From Bacteriovoracaceae bacterium (GTDB lineage: Bacteria; Bdellovibrionota; Bacteriovoracia; Bacteriovoracales; Bacteriovoracaceae), in the NCBI GenBank assembly GCA_018649885.1, contig JABIHA010000122.1, positions 1 through 64,000 on the forward strand: DNA of 64,000 bases. Reading direction: 5' to 3'. Shown here one piece after another: positions 1 to 10,600 of this stretch; positions within the stretch are counted from its first letter, which is position 1; each line of letters starts with the position of its first letter. Made by a program: the position numbers and the translations under genes. A model generated the notes under the pieces. That model was not told the origin of the DNA and did not search any database. It worked only from the letters and a program-made list of their open reading frames with translations.

Positions 1-215
1 AGCGTCTTGAGCAAGCTCTTGGCACTTATTTTTAAGTTTGCCCTTATTCCAGTCTTTTATCCAACCAGCTGCAATGTTTTTTAGATCATCAAATGACATA
101 TTAAAATATTGGCAGAAAAGTTACGCTTGGCCAAATAATATAAATGACATAGAGCCGCACCGGCGAAAAAGCCTGGTGGGTTCAACAATTTATTGGGCAG
201 TTACGATTTTCTATT

Positions 216-260
216 GCTCCGGGACCACTCGATCTCGTTATATCGACTATTTGTGTTTTA
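216..260. repeat. Isolated partial copy of the B-type repeat unit of the 6964-7535 array
   Basis: gctccgggaccactcgatctcgttatatcgactatttgtgtttta matches gctccgggaccactcgaactcgctatatcgactttttgtgtttta (~7445-7489) with 3 mismatches in 45 nt, same orientation. Confidence 0.85.
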
Positions 261-482
261 TCACTTCAGATACGAGTACAAACAACTTCGTAACCATTAA
301 CTCACGACTTTTTTCAGAATTGAATACGTTGTCAGTTGTAAAAAAGAGAAATATTCAAGAGATTGAAGAAAACTAAAAAGAACAAAAGCAGTGCTGCTTC
401 TTCTTCAGCTCGTCTAATAATTCAAAGATAAGAAGAGCATTTGAGCACAGTAAGGTAAGACTATACAAGCGCCAGTGACATG

Positions 483-902
483 TTAGAGAATTTCCATTGT
501 TCCACCAGTGATTCCCGCGCCTCCTTCGTAACCTATACCTGGGAGAATACAAGAATGGGAATTATCATGGTTTGTAACCACTGCCCCACTAACTCCAAGA
601 AAAAATCCCATCTGGGCATTTCCCCCTGAGTAAGTTCCATGAACATTCTTTTCCTTTACAAAAGGACAGTATAAAACTGATACCCTAAAAATGCTTAACC
701 TGAAGGTCGGGCCGAAACTGAGAAATCTCACTTTTTTCTTTGCTTTTGAATTTTTCCCAATACAAGTCATTTCGACAATATCAACAACACCTAAGCCTGC
801 ATTAATGTCCTGACTAGTTAAAAAAGAAGATCCACAAAAAAATACCGCTGCCGAACTTAAATTTGCAGATATTAATAGCATCATTACAAGTGTGAATTTC
901 AT
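483..902 (-). CDS. Small secreted Gly-rich hypothetical protein (possibly DUF992/EipA-like)
   Basis: ATG at 902 preceded by GGGGAC; signal peptide MKFTLVMMLLISANLSSA; Gly-rich beta-strand C-terminus GTYSGGNAQMGFFLGVSG; family call tentative. Confidence 0.6.
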   Translation of the reverse strand: MKFTLVMMLLISANLSSAAVFFCGSSFLTSQDINAGLGVVDIVEMTCIGKNSKAKKKVRFLSFGPTFRLSIFRVSVLYCPFVKEKNVHGTYSGGNAQMGFFLGVSGAVVTNHDNSHSCILPGIGYEGGAGITGGTMEIL

Positions 903-1301
903 AAAAGTCCCCAATTGCTGAAAACATAACAATAGCTAAGTTAAGGAATTTTTCATTAAAAATGTAAAATTTGATGCTCATATTAATGAAATACTAATGT
1001 AAAATGCCACCTCACCTTTTAAGACTGGGTCCCCCTGACTGGGTCCATCTATCTATAATTCAGGGGCGTTTGTGAACGCTTCTTATGACTATGTAAAAGT
1101 CCCAAAAAAAAACTAAACGTTTTTAAACAATTTATTGTCCTAAATTGTTCAAAAAAATCATAAAATAAATTTATTTATCATTAAATGAAATTTGTGGACT
1201 ACCACTTTCACCACTGTAAAATCAAATGACAGTCCACAATTGAGCTGACAGTGCATCCCGCTACTACTCAACCATTTTCACATATTTAAAGGCCACTAAA
1301 T

Positions 1302-1317
1302 TGGCCCAGGTCTTGCT
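1302..1317 (+). promoter_or_regulatory. sigma54 (-24/-12) promoter of the CARDB lipoprotein
   Basis: TGGCCC-AGGTC-TTGCT matches TGGCAC-N5-TTGCW with exact spacing, 60 bp before the ATG; dyad ACTGT-N11-ACAGT at 1213-1233 upstream. Confidence 0.7.
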
Positions 1318-1376
1318 TTATAACAAGTGAAAGGTCTTGGAGACCAAAGTTAATTTATTTATCAGGGAAGATAAAA

Positions 1377-4300
1377 ATGAAAAACTGCAATGTATTGCTC
1401 CTCTTATTAATTTCAATGACATTTTTTGCATGTAACTCAGAAAAAGGCGGTGGTAGTACAACTAGCACTACAACAGTTGTTAAAGAAGTTCCAGTTGAAT
1501 CCACTCCCAAACCTATTGAGCCTGAAACTGTGGAAATGGTTTCCAATTTAAATATGTCTATGGCACCTATTGTAGAGAGTTACCATCGCCTTGAATTTGT
1601 TGAAGGATTTACCTTTTCGGCCATAGGCGATAGTTACGCCAATGGATCTTGGTATCATGAAGAGAATGAAGTCATTGGGACAAAGCATCTCTCAGATTTC
1701 AAACAAGGGCAGATACTTTATTTTGTAGAACAAAGTGTAGAGGGAGAAAAAGTTTCAGAGAATTATTTTATTTTCCCAGGTCTTTCAGATTTAACAGTAG
1801 AAAGTGTTCGCGTTGAGGAAGATGATATTGTCGTTGTTGTGAAAAATATAGGGGGTTCAGAATTTAATTATGATTCATTAATTGATACTTTCAAAGTGAA
1901 AACATTTGTAGATTTTTCTAAGAGACAATCTTATAGGAACGTGGATTATTCACCAGAAGAATATTTTTCTGAAACCTCAAATATCGCTATCCCAAAAGTT
2001 GGAGAGAGCGTAGAGGTGCGAATTTCAAAAATGCCATATATAGCCTTTATGAATTATTTTGGAACTTCAGATAGTGAATTTTTCGAAATCCCACTTTATA
2101 TTAATATAGATCCAGAAGGGGTCATTCGTGAATACAATCGATTTAATAATAAAAATATTTTCCCACTTCGATTTTTTAATGGCCAGGAAAGAGCAGATGT
2201 GGCCATTGAGTCAGTTGAGCTGATGGGAAGTGAAATAAAACTGAAAATGAAAAATGATGGGTTTCGTTCAGTTTCAATAGAAAAAATGATTGTCTATCCA
2301 AAGTACAATAGAGATCTAAATATTGAGTTGAAAAGCTATCCCTATATTCAAATGAATCAATTCTCAGAACTCATTTTTCGTGCCGATTTATTTCCTCTAA
2401 GTGAAGGAGAGGATCAGAGCTGGGTTTTTGAAGCTATTATTAGTGGTGATGAGGATCTTGATTTATCTAATAATTCAATGGAGCTCAATTTTAATGCAAA
2501 TCAAGTTGAGGCCTTTGAAGATGATGTATCAGTTTCTAACTTTCACTACGATTCATCTTCAAGTGAGCTAAAGTTTACACTCGAAAATAAGGGAGTGAAT
2601 GATTTAGACCGTGTTCGTTTTGATATTGCTGATGAAGAGCCTGAATTGGATAGAGATAGATTCTATGAGCAAACAAACTTAGTTGCAGGAGAGCAAAGAG
2701 AAGTGAGTATCTCTTTTGATGAGATATTTTTTTCAGGCACAATTGGTGAGAAAGTATACAGTGTTGTATTGGATAAGAATGATTCTCTATGGGAAAGTAA
2801 CGAAGTTAATAATGTTGCGACCACCACTTTTACTTTAGATCCCTTTGACGTTGAAGTCGTAAGTTCTCTAGAGGAAGAGGGATTTTTTAATATTGCTTAT
2901 AAGTTGGGAGGATCTTTCAAATATTCACAAGTTGACTATACAACTTTTAGAATCCTGTCACGGGTTCAAGGAAATGGCTCATTTAGAAATCAAATAGACT
3001 TAACCCCTGATTCGTGGGAATTAGGGGTTGAATATACATCTTCTGTTTCAATATCAGAAATCATGGAAAAAGTCATGGACTACTATGATGGCCAAACGGT
3101 AGATGTCTTTGCCGAGTTTATTACCAACCTTAATGAAGTTAACACCGAAAATAATAAGGTTAAATTAATTGATACAATTGTAGTTCCAAGAAAGCTTCCC
3201 AATTTGACAATTTCAGAAATCAATACCTCTACTGAGGGCCTATCTTGGAAGGTTGTCAATATTGGGGATAAAGATTTTTATGAATACAGAAACTACTTAA
3301 GAATCAAGATTACTATTAATGGAGTTACGAAAACGGAGAGATTTTCCTACTATCTTGACGTGGGAGAAGACGAAGCTGAGGTGGGTTACTTTGATTTTAA
3401 TCAGTTTGGGTTAGAGCTTGGACAAAGATATGATATTGTTGCTGAACTGGTACTCGATAGTCCTATTGAAGAAAAATCTCTTGATGATAACCGCCTTGAA
3501 ACTTTTGTTCAAATGCCTGAGCCACCAAAACCCAACTTTGCCGTTGAGTCCATAATAAGAAATGAAACTCGGATAATTGTTTACATTGAAAATACTGAAA
3601 CCACAATTTGCCCTGGGTGTACAGAATACCCTGTGAAGATATTAAATGAAGCGGGCGATCTTGTTGCAGAAAAAACAATTGATTTATCAATGCAAAATAA
3701 GAATATGACGAGAAAAAGCGTCACTTTTAACTACGCTGATATCGATTTGGCAATTAAAACACCAAGCACTCTGACAGCAGTTTTGAATTCTGGGAATATC
3801 ATTTCAGAGGTAAGCTATGATGACAATAGTGGAGAATTTCCATTCACCAAATTGGGGTATTATGACCTTAAAGTTGAAAGTATTTCAAAAACACTAAATG
3901 GCTATAATGTATTGATAAAAAATATTGGGATCAGTACAACAAGCAACTATGATGTTGTACTGGAATACAATGGAGAGACGATTAGACCCGACTTTTCTCC
4001 TTCAAATAAAACTGTTTATACTGGTAGCATGAAAACATTTTCTTTTAGCTCTGTTGATATTAGGGAGTCGTGGATTCCTATTTTAGGAGAAAAGATTTCT
4101 GCTATTGTTAACTTCATAAGCGATGATGACAATAGTGATAATAAACTTGTTTCTGAATTTGAAATACCTTACTTTGACCTTGAGGTCACAGAAATAAACT
4201 CCATTGAAGGAGGGATATCAGTTTCTGTAAAAAACCATGGGCCTACCCTTTCTAGTTACCACAGTGGTAAATTAAAGGTTCAATTTAATGATAATGAAGA

Positions 4301-6935
4301 TTTTGACACAGGTGTCAGACAAAGTAGAGAGATTAATGTAGGTGATATTGCACAAGGAGAAACAAAACAATATCAAATTACAGGTTATCAATATAATTCT
4401 CTGATGGGTAATGCCCTCCAAACTTGGGATGCCTCAGGTCACCTTCATGCCAAAGTTGATTTTGAAAACGATTTAAATGAAGTGAACGAAAATAACAACT
4501 ATCTTCATACAAACTATAGTTTACCAAGTCCCAAAATTGATATTGAGGTTACACGGATGTACTGGCTTAGTTCATCTCAGCTGACAGTTGTTGGAAAAAA
4601 CAATGGAGACGCCTGTACAATAAATTGTCCTAAAGTGAAAGGCAAATTCTATGCCGTTGACGAGGATGGAAACGCAAATAATCCCGTTGAAGTTGAGTTT
4701 GCAATACCCAGCTCAACTGATAAGTCCATGGTCTCATTGGGGGCAAGTCAGCTCGGTCTTGAAATGAGAAAAGAGTATCAAATATTTTTTGAAGCAGACC
4801 ATAATGAGATTTTCCCAGAAGAAAATGAAGAAGATAATATTGGCTCAGTCACTTATACTCACCGCTGGGTTTATGATCTTGAAGTAACTGATTTTTCTTA
4901 TGATAGTGAAACAAAGAGATGGACAGTCAATGTTCTCAACCAAGGAAAAGATAGTGTTAAGTTTAGAAATGTTACTGTACGAGGAGCAGGGATTGGATCA
5001 AATGATATCTTTTTTAAAGATTTAAATTATACAAATTCAATTTATTCTGGTCAAAAGAGCTCCTTTACTATTGATAACAGGGATCTTAAATTTCATCCTG
5101 GTGAAGCACCAAACGAGATTTCAGTTGTCGTAAGAGCGGATTATGATAACGATTTAGTTAATAATACGCTGGTAAAAACAATTGATGCTCCCTTTATCGA
5201 TTTTGAGTTGGGGGAAGTGACAATTGATTCAGTAAATCAGAAAATTGATATCCAGTATTTTTCAAAGGGAGCAGGTCTTGCAAATGCGGCTACTGCTACT
5301 GGCAAAGTCTTTTTTCTTGAAAGTAATCCAATAGTAGTGAATTTAGATTTAGAAGAAGGGGAGCATCACCTTATCCTAGAAGATTACAGTTGGATTAGAT
5401 TGACTCCTTTTTTAACTGATAATGCAAATCAGTCCACGGCAACCTTAACAGTACTACTCGATGATCGTGACTATAATTTTGAATCAAATGAAGAAAACAA
5501 TTCAATAGAAAAATCACATCTTTTTTCAGCTGCAAAGGCTGATCTCACTATTTCAAGTTTTTCTCTTGATTATGATCGGATAGTAATTAATGTGAAAAAT
5601 GATGGACCAGCAAGAGTTGCACATGGATCAAATTTCACAATTAATTTACGTGCAGGAGAGATTGAGAAAAATCTCCTAGAGTGGACAACATTTTATAGAA
5701 ATGAAGAAAAGGAATACATCATCCCACTTTCAGAGTTTCCTCTACAAGATGGAGCTGAATATACAATAACGGTAACAGTAGATCATTCTCAAGTTGTTGA
5801 TGAAAGAAACGAAGATAATAATGCCTACTCCACAACACTTGTGATGTCAGATTTGCCAGAATCTGACCTTTCTATTAAATCTGTCGCTGTAAATGATTTT
5901 TACCTTGATATTGAAGTTCAAAACCTAGGGGAAAAAACAAATAGAGATTTGAATGATTTTAATATTTCAGTGCAAAGTGGAGATGACTTTTCTAAGATAT
6001 TTAGATTGGTGAAAGTACCTGCTGCTTTGGGGACTGAGCTCATCTCTATTCCTTTGTCTGAGCTAGAACCACTAAGGGGGCAGATGGCCAGCTTTAATGT
6101 GGCCCTTGATATTGAAAATACAATTGTCGAGGTAGATGAAGAAAATAACTCTGGAAATTTTGATATATTCATTCCCGAGCGTGGGTCCCCTGATTTTAGA
6201 GTAGTTGATATTTATAAAACACATAGTAATATAGATGGTCATCGAAGTGGCGAGATGTTTGTAGTTTTAATTGAAAATATGGGTACAGAATATGCAAGTC
6301 CTTCATCAGTATCAAATCTATCAATTGGTGAACTTACTCTTTCAAGAAATACTAATTCTTGGCAGGAAATTAAAAGAGGAAGAAGATATATATCAAGAAT
6401 TCCTTTAGAAACTATGGGTGTTTATGATGCGCTTAGTGTGCAGTTTCCAAATGAAGAAAACCCCAACCTCATTGTAAGTTTTGACTTTGATGTTGAACAA
6501 AACATAACAGAGTTCGACGAGGAAAATAACTCATTTGAAATAGAGCTACCCTTTTATCAAGATAGCGTGGAAATTAATTTCATAGACGATAGTGCCAATT
6601 TTGAAATGGTCTCAATTGTTCAACATGAAGATTTGGAAACCTATAAATTTTCTTTTAAATATACTGGAGATTTGCCAAGTCGCGCACTCTCTCCTCAACT
6701 TTATATTAAAGTGTTCTTTACTATGCCTTCAGGGGAAGTAATATCAGGTAGCTATAATTTCTTTCCCTCTCTGACTTTTCATCCTGGAGTTACTTACGAT
6801 TCCTTTCTTCGCTTTGATCATGTGAACCACGAAATTCCAGAAGGTTTTCAAAGTTTTAAAGTGGTTATTGATCATGATGGACTGATTGATGAGACAAATG
6901 AAATTGATAATGAAATGAACTACACAGTAGAATAA
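1377..6935 (+). CDS. Giant lipoprotein with ~15 tandem CARDB/Ig-like domains (putative adhesin)
   Basis: Lipobox LLISMTFFA-C; Thr/Pro linker; ~15 modules starting (P)DLxV/I, containing VKNxG and ending ExNExNN-like motifs. Confidence 0.85.
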   Translation: MKNCNVLLLLLISMTFFACNSEKGGGSTTSTTTVVKEVPVESTPKPIEPETVEMVSNLNMSMAPIVESYHRLEFVEGFTFSAIGDSYANGSWYHEENEVIGTKHLSDFKQGQILYFVEQSVEGEKVSENYFIFPGLSDLTVESVRVEEDDIVVVVKNIGGSEFNYDSLIDTFKVKTFVDFSKRQSYRNVDYSPEEYFSETSNIAIPKVGESVEVRISKMPYIAFMNYFGTSDSEFFEIPLYINIDPEGVIREYNRFNNKNIFPLRFFNGQERADVAIESVELMGSEIKLKMKNDGFRSVSIEKMIVYPKYNRDLNIELKSYPYIQMNQFSELIFRADLFPLSEGEDQSWVFEAIISGDEDLDLSNNSMELNFNANQVEAFEDDVSVSNFHYDSSSSELKFTLENKGVNDLDRVRFDIADEEPELDRDRFYEQTNLVAGEQREVSISFDEIFFSGTIGEKVYSVVLDKNDSLWESNEVNNVATTTFTLDPFDVEVVSSLEEEGFFNIAYKLGGSFKYSQVDYTTFRILSRVQGNGSFRNQIDLTPDSWELGVEYTSSVSISEIMEKVMDYYDGQTVDVFAEFITNLNEVNTENNKVKLIDTIVVPRKLPNLTISEINTSTEGLSWKVVNIGDKDFYEYRNYLRIKITINGVTKTERFSYYLDVGEDEAEVGYFDFNQFGLELGQRYDIVAELVLDSPIEEKSLDDNRLETFVQMPEPPKPNFAVESIIRNETRIIVYIENTETTICPGCTEYPVKILNEAGDLVAEKTIDLSMQNKNMTRKSVTFNYADIDLAIKTPSTLTAVLNSGNIISEVSYDDNSGEFPFTKLGYYDLKVESISKTLNGYNVLIKNIGISTTSNYDVVLEYNGETIRPDFSPSNKTVYTGSMKTFSFSSVDIRESWIPILGEKISAIVNFISDDDNSDNKLVSEFEIPYFDLEVTEINSIEGGISVSVKNHGPTLSSYHSGKLKVQFNDNEDFDTGVRQSREINVGDIAQGETKQYQITGYQYNSLMGNALQTWDASGHLHAKVDFENDLNEVNENNNYLHTNYSLPSPKIDIEVTRMYWLSSSQLTVVGKNNGDACTINCPKVKGKFYAVDEDGNANNPVEVEFAIPSSTDKSMVSLGASQLGLEMRKEYQIFFEADHNEIFPEENEEDNIGSVTYTHRWVYDLEVTDFSYDSETKRWTVNVLNQGKDSVKFRNVTVRGAGIGSNDIFFKDLNYTNSIYSGQKSSFTIDNRDLKFHPGEAPNEISVVVRADYDNDLVNNTLVKTIDAPFIDFELGEVTIDSVNQKIDIQYFSKGAGLANAATATGKVFFLESNPIVVNLDLEEGEHHLILEDYSWIRLTPFLTDNANQSTATLTVLLDDRDYNFESNEENNSIEKSHLFSAAKADLTISSFSLDYDRIVINVKNDGPARVAHGSNFTINLRAGEIEKNLLEWTTFYRNEEKEYIIPLSEFPLQDGAEYTITVTVDHSQVVDERNEDNNAYSTTLVMSDLPESDLSIKSVAVNDFYLDIEVQNLGEKTNRDLNDFNISVQSGDDFSKIFRLVKVPAALGTELISIPLSELEPLRGQMASFNVALDIENTIVEVDEENNSGNFDIFIPERGSPDFRVVDIYKTHSNIDGHRSGEMFVVLIENMGTEYASPSSVSNLSIGELTLSRNTNSWQEIKRGRRYISRIPLETMGVYDALSVQFPNEENPNLIVSFDFDVEQNITEFDEENNSFEIELPFYQDSVEINFIDDSANFEMVSIVQHEDLETYKFSFKYTGDLPSRALSPQLYIKVFFTMPSGEVISGSYNFFPSLTFHPGVTYDSFLRFDHVNHEIPEGFQSFKVVIDHDGLIDETNEIDNEMNYTVE

Positions 6936-6963
6936 AAATTGAGAGGATAAGCGGACCTATGTT

Positions 6964-7535
6964 CGCATCCTGCTCTTCCTTCCCTCCGCCATCCAGGCTC
7001 CGGGGCTTCTCGAACTCGCTCTATCGAAATCTTGTGTCTTAGTTGCCAGCTTCAAAGTAAAAATGTGCCAGTGCTTAGTACGAAGTCACAACTTCGGACT
7101 CTACCGCATCCTGCTCAAATGTCTCCCTACGCCATCCTGGCTCCGGGACCAATTGAACTCGCTTAATCGACTGTTTGTGTTTTAGATCTTTGGTTACGAA
7201 ATAAAAAATGTACCTGTGCACAGCTCTTTGGTCACAGCTTCGAACTTCACCGCATCCTGCTCTTCCAGTCCCTCCGCCATCCAGTCCCTCCGCCATCCAG
7301 GCTCCGGGGCTTCTCGAACTCGCTTTATCAAAATTTAGTGTTTTAATTGCCAGCTTCGGAATAAAAATGTGCCAGTGCTTAATTCTAAGTCACAGCTTTG
7401 GACTCTACCGCATCCTGCTCTCGTGCACGCCCTACGCCATCCAGGCTCCGGGACCACTCGAACTCGCTATATCGACTTTTTGTGTTTTAGATCTTTGGTT
7501 ACGAAGTAAAAATGTGCCTTTGGGCACATTTTTTC
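6964..7535. repeat. Tandem array of four ~130-160 bp units in A-B-A-B order, downstream of tRNA-Val
   Basis: Units start with cgcatcctgctc at 6964, 7105, 7251 and 7409; shared blocks cgccatcc(a/t)ggctccggg, gaactcgct, aaaaatgt(g/a)cc; unit 1 resembles unit 3 and unit 2 resembles unit 4. Confidence 0.95.
7508..7534 (-). terminator. Intrinsic terminator of tRNA-Val
   Basis: aaaaatgtgcc-tttg-ggcacattttt hairpin with A/T tracts, immediately 3' of the CCA end. Confidence 0.8.
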
Positions 7536-7538
7536 GAG

Positions 7539-7615
<77 letters not shown>

Positions 7616-7694
7616 ATAATCTCAGAATTGTATGGGCCACTTTATACCTTAGAATTGGAAGAAATTGCAAGAATCAAAAATATTGCAACGCAAA

Positions 7695-10600
7695 TTAGAA
7701 ACGACCACCAAGGCCTAAGAGTGCTGAAACTTTAGTAGTAGTAGTTACTGTTTGGGATTCACTTGTGGATGTAACACCTATGGACTCAAAGCCCATGGCC
7801 ATATAAAGCGCTTTAGAAAACAGATACTGAAACTCATAACCAAGTCCCATTTTAGTAAAGCCTCCAAAACCACCATAGAGGGCCAAGCGGTGAGCAGAGT
7901 GCTGCGTGGAGGCATACCTCATATTGATCTGTCCAATGCCGCCAGTAAATTTCTCGTCAGTAATGACCGGGCCAATAAGACTTTTCGACAAAATGGTCGT
8001 ACTGACAATCCCTATGCCCAGGCCAAAGTCTAAAAGAACCCCTCCGCCAAGATAAAAACCAGTACCAAAAAGTGCAGTCATATCACTATATTTAAAATCT
8101 ACAACTCCAAAAAGTGAGCCAGATGCCATTTCATAACCAAGTTGTCCGAACCAAAGTGAATCGGATTGATACTTTCCTTCAACTCCAGCCCCTGTAAGAG
8201 ATTGAATACTTGAAAATCCTTCAACTCCCTCAGACAGTTCCAGAGAGTAACTAATAAAGCTTGGCTCTGCAGTTAAAATAACATGCCCATCTTTGACCTC
8301 ATCAATAGTTGCCTGGTACTCACCTGGCTTCCCTGTCGACTTGAGCTGATCTCTAAGATTTTTTTTCTTTTCATCATCCCTTGTGACTTTAAACCGCACA
8401 CCTTTTGAATTTTTCTTGGCGCCATCTTGATTAGCAGCAACTCTCCAGTAATAATTTCCACTAATTCCGAGTCCAAATAAATTTACACTGTGCTCATTAT
8501 CTTTAACTTTTTTAGAGTAAATAGTTCCGCCAAATCCCGGATCGGAAGATATCTCGATTGTATAACTTTTTGCCCAATCTAAACTCTCCCACTCGAAATC
8601 GACCTTATCACCTTTTTCAGCTTCAACTTCATCTCCTGGATCTGGTTCATAGAGCTCTGGTGCCCTGAGAAGTCCCACATCATAAGTAAGAATCATCCTC
8701 GATGTATTGCTAAACTCACTTTCTTGGTCCCACATATCTACAACTTTATAACGAAGATAATAGGTTCCAGGCTCCGGATCTTCCCAATAAAAATTTCTAT
8801 TTTCAAGTCGATCACTTTTCACTGAGTCATCAAGATCTCTGTCTTTGTATATTTCTATAATATATTCTTTTACATATTTAATTTCAGGAAATTTCATTGA
8901 GATGTAAGTATCTTCTCCGTCAATGCTGCTAATTTCTCGACCGTTATTTCTATCTCCATCACCTTTTTTCTTTTTAATTTCCATTCTTATAACAGGAGGA
9001 ATGGGAGGAGAATGTGGGGCCATAGGTCTTTTAATCATAAGTTTGGCCCGCTCACTGTATGCGCTCTCTCCAAAGTCGTAAAAGGATTTTATCCTCCAAT
9101 AATACTCACCTAGCTCAGGTGCCTTCCATTCAAAATTAGGCTTTTCAAGTTCTAACTCTTCAATAACATCTGAGAAACTACTATCCCTTGCAATTTCTAA
9201 TTGAAATTTCTGCTTTCCAGTATTTTTCTTTTGTCCAAGTGGGTCTTGCCACTCAAGAATTAATGATTCGTCTGGATCCATTAGGGTGTATTCAGTTCCA
9301 TGGCTTGGAAAAATAATTGTAGGCCGATCAAGGAGAATATCAAGACGAAGGGTTTTTGAACTGGGAACATTGCCTTCATATTGAGGAGCATAGGGTTTTA
9401 GTTTCCAGTAGAATTTTCCAAATTTAGGAGTTACCCATGAATAATGAAGGCCTTTCACGACTTCTTTTTTTACAAGTTTTTTAAAATCAGGGTCTCGACC
9501 AACATAGAGAACATATTTGGCAGAACTTCGACCTTTCCATGAAAATTTTATACCACCAAGTAAATCATTTTGCGCTAATTGTGACATATCCTCTGGTTTT
9601 AAGTTTCTTGGTGCAGGGGGAAGAGAGCTATCAGAAAAATAAAAAATATTCTCCTCACTCCAAGGGGAGTTCTTATTATCCCTTGTTGCCATTTTGACTC
9701 TCCAGCCATACTCACCTGTTTTAAGAGAGCCGACTACATATTTATGAGTGCTAACTTTTTTAGACACCACTGTTTTTCTCTTCTTATCTCCAATACTTGT
9801 TATTTCAATTTGATAAGTATCTACTTCCAGGTTTTCCCATTCAAAAACCAGTACTTTTTTCTCACCGTTACTTTGTTTGAGACCTAGAATTTCGGCGTCT
9901 TTTGAGGGGAAGAATAATTTTGGTGCTCGATCAACCTTAAGAGTGAAAAGACTAGAAGGAGATACGATCATTTCTTTTTTTACTAAATCCGTTCCTAGGA
10001 CTTTCCAATAATAAGGTCCTTCTGGGAGATTCATCATATAGGCATTTGTCTTTGATACATCCTTAGTCTGTAAGATTTCTTTAAATTTGGAGTCCTTTGC
10101 AACAAAGAGCTTGAAAGAATTTGATTTTCTCTTGGTTTTCCACTCAAAGAATATACTGGAGCTCTCTTTAAAAAAAACTTTGCCTTGATTTTTTGGAGAT
10201 ATTAAAAGAATGTCATAGTTTTTTACCCTGCCCTCAAGAAGATTTAAATATTGATTTTTGTTAACAACAATTTGTTTCCCATCAATATTTAAGGCGAGCT
10301 GCCCTTTAGTAACCGTCACATTTCCGTCAGATATCTGAAACTCTGCATTACTTGAAGTGGCACTAATGGTTTTATCACCACTTTTAATATTTAGCCCCTT
10401 GGCACCTTTGCCCAGTTTCGCGAACATAAAACCATCCATCAAATCAACTTTCATCCCCGATGAGTCTTTCTCTAGTTTTAATAGCGAGTTTGGAGCAACT
10501 TTAATTAAAGTTTGATCATTAAGCCTTATATCAGTTGTAGACTTACTATGAGTGAAAACTTGATCATTTAAATATACTTCTTCTTTATTACCCACGTCAT

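Noticed and set aside
38..376. 112-aa + strand ORF
   Set aside because: No SD or recognisable motif, and it crosses the repeat fragment; a minus-strand frame from 99 to the window edge is too short to call
6964..7535. CRISPR array
   Set aside because: The whole units are homologous, with no unique spacers; the period is ~145 bp; no cas genes in the window
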